This document shows, piece by piece, positions 43,129-50,556 of a stretch of 64,000 bases of DNA. A model generated the notes under the pieces. The model had not been told where the DNA came from, did not search any database, and worked only from the letters and a program-made list of their open reading frames with translations. The position numbers and the translations under genes are program-made. This stretch comes from Patescibacteria group bacterium (GTDB taxonomy: Bacteria > Patescibacteriota > Patescibacteriia > Patescibacteriales > UBA12465): assembly GCA_041664445.1 (NCBI GenBank), contig JBAYKT010000006.1, positions 8,058 through 72,057 on the forward strand, in the 5' to 3' direction. The number at the start of each line of letters is the position of its first letter. Position 1 is the stretch's first letter.

Positions 43129-46119
43129 TTATTTAATTATCTTTAAAAAAATAACAAGCTTCTGGCCATCAATCTTTATTTCTTTACTGAAACTAGCCTC
43201 TGAAGATTCGGCAACTAAGACCAAAGATTCGCTCAAGGTTTCTTTAGCAATCTCCGTGCCTAATTTTTCAATAACGTCGGAAATCTCCGCTGATTCCGAA
43301 ATAATTTGAACATCAACCTTATCTCCCAAGCTAAGTCCGGCGTCTTTACGCGACAAGTTAATAAAGCGAATAAGCTCACGCTTCAGGCCCTCTAATTTAA
43401 GTTCAGGCGTAATTTCCGTATCTAATTCTACTTCTAGATTTTCAAAACCGGCGGCTAAATCTAAACTTTTAATATTAAGCTCGTCGGTAATCAATTCCTG
43501 ATAAGTAATATTTAAATCAATACTGCCTTTAATGGTCGCCTGATTTAACATTTGCCTAATCTTAATGCCAGCGGCATCGCGTTTGGCTAATCCAAGCTCC
43601 ACAATACTGCGCACAAAAGCCATCTTTTCCAAGACCTCGTCTTTTTCCAGTTTCAAAGTGACCGGCCAGCTTTCTAAATGAACCGAGGCCTGAGCATTTT
43701 TGAAATCAAGTCCGTTTAACTTCTGCCAGAGATTCTCGGCCATAAAGGGCATAAACGGCGCCATTACTTTAGCTAACTCCGACATAATTAATTTAGTGGT
43801 GAGTAGTGCATTTTTCTTATCCGCCTCATCTTCCGACTTAAAGCGATCGCGGCTCCTTCTCAAATACCAAGTAGAAAACTCGTCAATAAACTCCGTGAGT
43901 GGACGCATCGCTTTTGGCAAATTATAAGCTTCCATCCCGGCAGAAACATCGGCCAAGAGCGCATTAAACTTTAACATTAACCATTTATCCAAAACATTCT
44001 CACTATTTAAAACTTCATTTTTCAAATCACCGTAGCTTAAATTCAGGATAATTTCTTGATTTTCGGCCGCGTAAAGTTCATAAAATTTATAAACGTTAAA
44101 GAGCAGCATGATATTCTTGCGCAATGATTCCTCGGTTCCCTTTTCAGAAAAATTAAGATTCTCCGCGGCCATCACTGGCGAGGATAATAATTGGGCCCGC
44201 AAAGCGTCAGCACCATATTTCTCCATCACTAAATATGGATCTGGATAATTTTGCAGGCGCTTGGACATCTTTTTGCCGTCTTCCGCCAGCACAATACCGT
44301 TAGCGATTACATTTTCAAAAGCATTGCTCTTTTTTACTCCACCGGAAATAACATGAAGATAATAAAACCAAGCGCGAGTTTGATCCACGCCTTCGGCAAT
44401 AAACTTGGCCGGAAAATTTTGTTCTACCTTCTCTTTATTTTCAAAAGGATAATGGTGCTGAGCATAGGGCATAGAACCAGATTCAAACCAACAATCTAAA
44501 ACATCGGGAACGCGCTTCATAACGCCACCGCATTTCGCGCAAGCAAAAGTTAAATCATCGACTTTATCTTTATGAATATCATCTATTTTTTGGCCGCTTA
44601 ATTTTTCCAGTTCCGCTACACTGCCAATAACTTTCCGCTCGCCGCAAGCGCATTCCCAAATCGGAATGGCACTCGCCCAAAAACGCTGACGGGAAATTGA
44701 CCAATCACGCGCACCCTCTAACCAATTGCCAAAACGCCCATCTTTAATATGCTCCGGAAACCAATTTATTTTTTTAGCGCTTTCTAACAATCCGTCTTTC
44801 ATCTTAGTAACGCTCACAAACCAAGAAGAAGTCGCGTAATTGATGAGCGGCGTATCGCAACGCCAACAATGCGGATAGCTATGTTCATATTTTTCTTTAT
44901 GAAACAACAAACCATTCTTGGCTAAATATTTAATGATTTCGATATCGGTCGTGGTATGATCGCCAATCGGCTTAACATGCAAACTTGGAAAATCAGTGAC
45001 TTCCGGCTTAAAAACGCCGTCCATACCGACGTGCTGAACAAAAGGCAAATTATTATCCTTGCCTAATTTCATATCATCTTCGCCGAAGGCAGGCGCAATA
45101 TGAACAACACCGGTACCGTCCGTGGTAGTCACAAAGTCGCCGGCATAAATCCGCCAACCGTTCTCGCGGTTAGTTAATTTAGTATCACTCGCGTAATAGT
45201 TAAATAAAGGCTCATATTCCAGACCGACTAAATCTACCCCTTTGATATCATCGTGAACAATTTCGAACTCTTTATCTTTTAAAACTTCCTTAACTCTCTC
45301 TTTAGCTAAAATCAAAAGTTCAGGGACATCTTTTATTCTCAAAGCTACGTAATCAATATCGGCACCTACAGCTAGAGCGACATTACCAATCAAGGTCCAC
45401 GGAGTGGTTGTCCAAGCTAATACATAAGCGGTTTCTTTAGTTTCATTTTCCTTGCCCCATTTTTGACCGGCCTTGAGATGAAATTTAGCAATCGTGCTTA
45501 AATCTTTAATATCGCGATAACCCTCCGTTACTTCCGATTGTGATAAAGTCGTTTCACAACGCGGACAAATATGCATGGAGCGATAATCTTGATAAATCAA
45601 ATCCTTATCCCATAATTCCTTAAAGACCCACCAAACCGATTCCATAAAATTTAAATCCATGGTGCGATACGGATTTTTCATATCCACCCAGCGGCCCAAA
45701 CGACCAATAACCTTCTCCCACTCACCAGCATAAGTCATAACTTTGGAGCGGCAGATATCGTTAAACCTGCCAACACCGATTTCCTCGATATCTTTTTTCT
45801 GCTTTGTCCCTAATTCTTTTTCTACAATATTTTCAATTGGCAAGCCGTGGCAATCCCAGCCCCATTTCCGTTCCACCCGATAACCGTTCATCGTAAAATA
45901 ACGCGGCACCACATCTTTCATAATGCTGGAAACTAAATGGCCATAATGCGGTGTACCGGTCGCAAACGGCGGTCCATCATAAAAAACATAGTCACCACGT
46001 GGCGCTTCTTTGGCCAGAGATTGTTCAAAAGTTTTAGAATTATTCCAAAAAGATAAAGCCTCTTCTTCCATTAAAACATAAGGGCTTTTTTCTTTGGCAC
46101 TTTCGGGCTGCTTATTCAT
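43129..46119 (-). CDS. ileS: isoleucyl-tRNA synthetase (type 2, eukaryote-like subtype)
   Basis: FYDGPPFATGTPHYGHL (HIGH region of the IleRS2 type) and KMSKRL. 996 aa. Confidence 0.95.
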   Translation of the reverse strand: MNKQPESAKEKSPYVLMEEEALSFWNNSKTFEQSLAKEAPRGDYVFYDGPPFATGTPHYGHLVSSIMKDVVPRYFTMNGYRVERKWGWDCHGLPIENIVEKELGTKQKKDIEEIGVGRFNDICRSKVMTYAGEWEKVIGRLGRWVDMKNPYRTMDLNFMESVWWVFKELWDKDLIYQDYRSMHICPRCETTLSQSEVTEGYRDIKDLSTIAKFHLKAGQKWGKENETKETAYVLAWTTTPWTLIGNVALAVGADIDYVALRIKDVPELLILAKERVKEVLKDKEFEIVHDDIKGVDLVGLEYEPLFNYYASDTKLTNRENGWRIYAGDFVTTTDGTGVVHIAPAFGEDDMKLGKDNNLPFVQHVGMDGVFKPEVTDFPSLHVKPIGDHTTTDIEIIKYLAKNGLLFHKEKYEHSYPHCWRCDTPLINYATSSWFVSVTKMKDGLLESAKKINWFPEHIKDGRFGNWLEGARDWSISRQRFWASAIPIWECACGERKVIGSVAELEKLSGQKIDDIHKDKVDDLTFACAKCGGVMKRVPDVLDCWFESGSMPYAQHHYPFENKEKVEQNFPAKFIAEGVDQTRAWFYYLHVISGGVKKSNAFENVIANGIVLAEDGKKMSKRLQNYPDPYLVMEKYGADALRAQLLSSPVMAAENLNFSEKGTEESLRKNIMLLFNVYKFYELYAAENQEIILNLSYGDLKNEVLNSENVLDKWLMLKFNALLADVSAGMEAYNLPKAMRPLTEFIDEFSTWYLRRSRDRFKSEDEADKKNALLTTKLIMSELAKVMAPFMPFMAENLWQKLNGLDFKNAQASVHLESWPVTLKLEKDEVLEKMAFVRSIVELGLAKRDAAGIKIRQMLNQATIKGSIDLNITYQELITDELNIKSLDLAAGFENLEVELDTEITPELKLEGLKRELIRFINLSRKDAGLSLGDKVDVQIISESAEISDVIEKLGTEIAKETLSESLVLVAESSEASFSKEIKIDGQKLVIFLKIIK

Positions 46120-46134
46120 ATAATATTTAAAAAT

Positions 46135-46608
46135 TTATTTGATAATTTCTAATTTTTGACTAATAATTTTTGCAGTATATTCAGCTGTTGATGGCTTATC
46201 AAAAATAAATTCGCCTTGAAACTTTTGACCGGCGATTAAAAGCGGTAACCAGAAGATATCGTCGGCCCACATCTTCTCATACGGAATATCTTTAATTTCA
46301 AACCACTGCGGACGCATCTCTTCAGTTTCTTGCGGCTGGCCGGAAAATTTCTTCGCCCTAAAAACGTGAACTTCCAAATCCGGAGTGGCATCAACAAATT
46401 TAAAAATTAAAGTTCCTATTTCTAACAAGTCGCTAGCAACGATATTAGACTCTTCAAATAATTCTCTCGCCGCCGCCTCCTCAATCGTCTCACCTAACTC
46501 AATTTTACCACCGAAACCATTCCAGCGACCGGCACCAAAACCACGTTTCTTCATTCCGAGAAGTATTCGGGAATCCTGGCAAATTATGGTTAGGGTTAAT
46601 TGTTTCAT
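46135..46608 (-). CDS. MTH1/NUDT1-type NUDIX hydrolase (oxidised purine dNTP pyrophosphatase-like)
   Basis: [20 protein letters not shown] and [28 protein letters not shown] closely parallel human MTH1 as I recall it ([48 protein letters not shown]). NUDIX box: [22 protein letters not shown]. Confidence 0.85.
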   Translation of the reverse strand: [157 protein letters not shown]

Positions 46609-46612
46609 TTAA

Positions 46613-47002
46613 TTATAAAAATTTTATCAATTCTTCCGGAGTCTTAACGACAGCACTAAATAAAACTTGGCGACAAGGCTCGGCGTCATTTTCATCTTGT
46701 ACATAAATTGGTTTATTAAGTGCAACTGCGTAACCAATTTCCATATTAACGCTCACTCCCGCATAACCATCTTTATTATAAATATAGATTACATCGGCCA
46801 TGCGCATTTTATAAAAATGGTCATGAGTTAAACCAAGGGCGACATATTTACGATCAGATTCTTTAATTTCATTCCAAACTCCTCCAGACGCTCGATAGAG
46901 ATGAGGCTCATAAACAACTACGCCTAAATTTTTAAGACGCTTAGAAAATTCTCTCATCTCGGAAGCAAAGCTAGAACTTCCGCAAATAACTACTGACTTC
47001 AT
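46613..47002 (-). CDS. DNPH1/Rcl-like or nucleoside 2-deoxyribosyltransferase-fold protein
   Basis: VVICGSSSF and ADVIYIYNKDGYAGVSVNMEIGYAVALNKPIY parallel the recalled rat Rcl sequences VYFCGSIRGG and ADVVVAEVTQPSLGVGYELGRAVALGKPIL. The catalytic-type Glu in the EIGYA context is present. Confidence 0.6.
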   Translation of the reverse strand: MKSVVICGSSSFASEMREFSKRLKNLGVVVYEPHLYRASGGVWNEIKESDRKYVALGLTHDHFYKMRMADVIYIYNKDGYAGVSVNMEIGYAVALNKPIYVQDENDAEPCRQVLFSAVVKTPEELIKFL

Positions 47003-47029
47003 ATTTATTTTCTAAAAATAATAAATAAA

Positions 47030-47758
47030 CTATTCTAATTCTGCCAAAGCCTTTTCCAATTCATCTTTAATAAACCGCGAGTTATCATAAACGTTTTGCC
47101 AATAATGCAAGGCGTTCAAAAGATTTCTAGGAATTTCATTTAAAGCATTAGTTTTAGCATCGGTCAGAGCAGCGGCCTCGTTATACAAACTATGCATTTC
47201 CCCAAATTCCGAACCAACTAAGTTGTGTTTTTCGCAATATGGCTGCCAAAGACGCTGAAAATTTTCTTCAGACAATTCAACTATGCTTTTTATTTCATCC
47301 AACTTATCGCGCAAACTAATCATCATATCAACTTTTTCGCCACCTCGAGTTTCTTTCAAACTTCTAATCTTTTGCCAATCTTCTTCTTCTAAAACCCCGT
47401 AAGTCCGAGGCAAAAAAGTTAAATCTCCAGAAAAGCGACTATTTTCAATTTTATCCTTGCCTTCATAAAAATACTGTTCTCTTTTTTCGGCGATTCCTTT
47501 CCAAGCTCGATGTTTGGGATCGTTTTTGTGAAAAATATAAACACCGCCGCTAGTTGGTTCAACAAAATCTCTCTTTTTCAATTCATAAGCACCGCCTTGA
47601 TTAGCATGCTCTTGCAAATAGTTGCGTAAAGCGGCCGCCTGTTCAAAGTCTTCTTTTTTAATAGCCTCATCAAGCTGAGCTGAGACCAATTTTAAATCAG
47701 GATTTTCTTTTCTAAGTTCGGAAGGGCGCTTAGTCATCTCCATTTTTTCTAAACCCAT
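47030..47758 (-). CDS. uncharacterised UVR-motif protein, paralog A
   Basis: The UVR-like motif LDEAIKKEDFEQAAALRNYL is present. Four blocks align with ORF 48391-49140. No catalytic motif recognised. Confidence 0.6.
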   Translation of the reverse strand: MGLEKMEMTKRPSELRKENPDLKLVSAQLDEAIKKEDFEQAAALRNYLQEHANQGGAYELKKRDFVEPTSGGVYIFHKNDPKHRAWKGIAEKREQYFYEGKDKIENSRFSGDLTFLPRTYGVLEEEDWQKIRSLKETRGGEKVDMMISLRDKLDEIKSIVELSEENFQRLWQPYCEKHNLVGSEFGEMHSLYNEAAALTDAKTNALNEIPRNLLNALHYWQNVYDNSRFIKDELEKALAELE

Positions 47759-47798
47759 AAATTTAAAGTTAATTTAAAAATTGAAACTTAGAATGAAA

Positions 47799-48386
47799 CT
47801 ATCTTCCTGTTTCCGGCATCTTTATCCATTTATTAGCCTTCAGATGCCAATCGGAAACATCTATTGTTTGAATTTCATCCCAAACTTTTTTGGCTGACTC
47901 TGTATATAATTTTTCATTTCTGACTAACTTACGAAAATCTTGCAGTTTAGCCGGCAGCTTTGAACCGCGCTCTTCTAACTCCTTAAGTTCTAAATCAATA
48001 TCCAGATTATCGGCGTCTTTAACAATTTTAGCTTCCAAGGAATTGCGCTCTTCATACTCTTTAAAAACATCGGTATAAAAATCGGAAAAAATTGTATCAG
48101 CTAGAGAATCGTGGGCCGCTTTATCATCGTCAGCCTGAGTATAAACTTTTTGGATATAACCTAAATCGGAAGTTCTGATTTCCGAAATATCATGGACTAA
48201 AGCCATTTTAATAATTTTATTTTCATCCACTCCTTTCTCCATTCGCGCTAGCATAAGCGCCAACCAGACAACGCGATAAGTATGTTCATGGACACTGGCG
48301 CAATCCAAACCAAAATGCTGGCGCCAGGCGCGCGGTACGTTGCGCATTGTTCCGAGTTCAAATAAAAAATTAATATCGTTATTCAT
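47799..48386 (-). CDS. HD-domain phosphohydrolase, YfbR/HDDC2-like 5'-deoxynucleotidase type
   Basis: LGTMRNVPRAW...SVHEHTYRVVWLALMLA...MALVHDISEIRTSD parallels E. coli YfbR (RW...ENVSEHSLQVAMVAHALA...YHDASEVLTGD, recalled). A later KDADNLD motif is also present. Confidence 0.8.
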   Translation of the reverse strand: MNNDINFLFELGTMRNVPRAWRQHFGLDCASVHEHTYRVVWLALMLARMEKGVDENKIIKMALVHDISEIRTSDLGYIQKVYTQADDDKAAHDSLADTIFSDFYTDVFKEYEERNSLEAKIVKDADNLDIDLELKELEERGSKLPAKLQDFRKLVRNEKLYTESAKKVWDEIQTIDVSDWHLKANKWIKMPETGR

Positions 48387-48390
48387 AAAT

Positions 48391-49140
48391 TTATTTAGTC
48401 ATCTCTTTAATCGCCATTTCTAAATCACCAACAATTTGGCTGCTATTATCATATATCCCATTCCAATAAGCGAGCGGCTTACTGATAAAATCCGGCATGG
48501 CCTCCATTCTCTTCCGTAATACGTCCTGTGTTTTTGGTAGACCAGGAAAACGACTAGGAGCGCTCTCGGCGTTAACTTTTGAAATCAGCTCGCGCTTATT
48601 ATATGTTTGAAAAATATTATCAATTTTTGATTTGGCAATATTTTTTAATTCTTTTGCTTCACTGTATAAATTGTGAAGGGAGGATAAATAATCTGTTCTT
48701 TCGCCCAAATCTTGTAAATTTTTATAATGCCGAACATCTTCCCAAAGTTCAGTGGCAAATCCTCCTAAATATTGATCATCCTTATCTAAATAATGGGAAA
48801 ATGAAGAAGATTTAACAATATCTTTGCCAATATACATATCGGCCATTTGTTTAGCCATGATTCCTTGCCAAGCCCTTAGCTTAGGATCGTCGATTTCATC
48901 TTCGGATGCAGATTTCCCATTATTTTCCTTTTCTTCACCTAAAATATCTTCTTCACGGATATAAGCCAGCGGTTGATTATTTTTGCCCAACTTATCTTGC
49001 GCGTCCCGCAAATAAGCTGCCTGTTCATAATCCTCTTCGGAGATGGCCTCTTTCATCTGCAAGCTAATATATTGCAAGGCGCCGAGTTCTTTCTTTTTCT
49101 CGGGACTGGCGGAAAAATTTGGCATCTTTTCAGAACTCAT
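48391..49140 (-). CDS. uncharacterised UVR-motif protein, paralog B
   Basis: UVR-like motif MKEAISEEDYEQAAYLRDAQ. It shares DPKLRAWQGI, GKD...SS.FS and a C-terminal YWNGIYDNS...L..A. block with ORF 47030-47758. Confidence 0.6.
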   Translation of the reverse strand: MSSEKMPNFSASPEKKKELGALQYISLQMKEAISEEDYEQAAYLRDAQDKLGKNNQPLAYIREEDILGEEKENNGKSASEDEIDDPKLRAWQGIMAKQMADMYIGKDIVKSSSFSHYLDKDDQYLGGFATELWEDVRHYKNLQDLGERTDYLSSLHNLYSEAKELKNIAKSKIDNIFQTYNKRELISKVNAESAPSRFPGLPKTQDVLRKRMEAMPDFISKPLAYWNGIYDNSSQIVGDLEMAIKEMTK

Positions 49141-49145
49141 ATATT

Positions 49146-49469
49146 TTAAACAATTTTAAAATTTAACATTTTGACAAGCGTATTCCAATTTACCTTATCT
49201 CCATAAAAAGATTGATAATTTTCCAACATTTCTTCGCGACTCGCAAACTTTTCATGGCCAATAAAATCTTCGTCTTTAATATCTTGCAATTCTTTTTCTT
49301 TTACGGCGATAATCTCGGCATCAGCAAATTTTTCCTTGGTTTCCCAAATCAGTAATTCAACCCGATCTCCGATTCTCAAATCCTTATCGTCAAATAAACG
49401 CCAAGTTGCCGTCTTTCTGCCGGCTAGTATTTCATCAGCTAGATTTTTCCTAAACTTGAGCGTTTTCAT
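49146..49469 (-). CDS. ASCH-domain protein, YqfB-like (N4-acetylcytidine amidohydrolase family)
   Basis: NLADEILAGRKTATWRL parallels E. coli YqfB FQDDILAGRKTITIRD (recalled). Size (~105 aa) and the C-terminal beta-strand NFKIV (YqfB: EFKCL) also match. Confidence 0.7.
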   Translation of the reverse strand: MKTLKFRKNLADEILAGRKTATWRLFDDKDLRIGDRVELLIWETKEKFADAEIIAVKEKELQDIKDEDFIGHEKFASREEMLENYQSFYGDKVNWNTLVKMLNFKIV

Positions 49470-49476
49470 CTAAGTG

Positions 49477-49908
49477 TTATTTATTTTCCATCATAGTTAT
49501 TGCCTCCATTATATATTCACTGCGCAACCGGTCTTTCATATTTTTAATTTCTTCTAAAGTAAGCCAACTGGCATTAAGAATTTCATCTTTCGGCCAAGCT
49601 AATTCTCCGCCAATTATTCGAGCTTCATAGACATGTTTCGGAGGTGTTTGGGAATGGGCTTGAAAAATATCAAGTTTTTTAATTAACTCAACCTCATATC
49701 CAGACTCTTCTTTTGCTTCGCGAACAGCCGCCTCTTCTATTGTTTCGCCTTCATCCACTTTTCCGGCTGGGAAATTCCATAATTCATGAACTTTTGTGCC
49801 TGGGCGATTTTCTTGAACCAACAAATATTTATTATTTTGCTTGATAACTACCCCGGCGACAATATTTGTGGTAACTAATTTTTTCATAATATTTATTTCT
49901 ATTTCCAC
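49477..49908 (-). CDS. NUDIX hydrolase
   Basis: NUDIX box [25 protein letters not shown]. The start may be the ATG at 49887 (MKKLV), which would remove the 10-nt overlap with the upstream gene. Confidence 0.85.
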   Translation of the reverse strand: [143 protein letters not shown]

Positions 49909-50216
49909 TCCCTCTTCTTATTAATTTCCTCTTTATTTCTAAACGCCGTTTCTAAATCAATATTATACTGATTGGCAATTGAAGAAATAAAAATTATAAT
50001 ATCCGCCAACTCTTCTTCTACTGAGGTAAAATTAGAATTCAAATCGGTTTTCATTTTCTCAGTTTTTCTAACCGCTTTAAATAACTCGCCAACTTCTTCT
50101 CCCAAAAGGAGGCAGTTCTGAATAATGGAAACATCAGTAAAACCTCTCTCTGTTTCAATTTCTTTTACATACTTCTGAATGTCTAATAAAGTTGGTTTTT
50201 CTTTTAAAATTGGCAT
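49899..50216 (-). CDS. small MazG-type all-alpha nucleotide pyrophosphohydrolase
   Basis: Helix pair with acidic metal-binding motifs LLGEEVGELFKAVRK and EEELADIIIFISSIANQYNIDLETAF. About 105 aa. Confidence 0.75.
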   Translation of the reverse strand: MPILKEKPTLLDIQKYVKEIETERGFTDVSIIQNCLLLGEEVGELFKAVRKTEKMKTDLNSNFTSVEEELADIIIFISSIANQYNIDLETAFRNKEEINKKREWK

Positions 50217-50232
50217 ATTAAAAAATAATAGG

Positions 50233-50544
50233 TTACAGCTTCTTCACTTCAATCTCTGACATCGTTTCATTGAATGCGTTTTCCAAATCTATACCCAATT
50301 CATCGGCAATTATAATTATTGACCAAAGACAATCCGCTAATTCATGCTTTAATTGCTCATCAACGTTTTCCGCTTTACGAAGATTATTCTTTGCCATCAC
50401 TAATCGCATTAAATCACCGACGTCAACAACTAATCCCTGGGTTCGTTCTAATGAGCCCCATGGTTTTCCGGCCACCTTTTTTTCGATAATGGCGTATTTA
50501 TCTCTGATTACTTTTGCTCGATGAGTAATTTCTTCAAATTTCAT
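50233..50544 (-). CDS. small MazG-type all-alpha nucleotide pyrophosphohydrolase
   Basis: LVVDVGDLMRLVM and KHELADCLWSIIIIADELGIDLENAF. About 103 aa. Paralogous in architecture to the adjacent gene. Confidence 0.75.
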   Translation of the reverse strand: MKFEEITHRAKVIRDKYAIIEKKVAGKPWGSLERTQGLVVDVGDLMRLVMAKNNLRKAENVDEQLKHELADCLWSIIIIADELGIDLENAFNETMSEIEVKKL

Positions 50545-50556
50545 ATAACTTTAATT

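Noticed and set aside
46135-50544. Calling the nucleotide-hydrolase island a known anti-phage defence system (e.g. a dNTP-depletion system)
   Set aside because: No dGTPase/SAMHD1-size HD protein, dCTP deaminase, nuclease, sensor NTPase or other hallmark of a described defence system is present. All enzymes are small house-cleaning types. Defence is kept only as an untested alternative in the finding.
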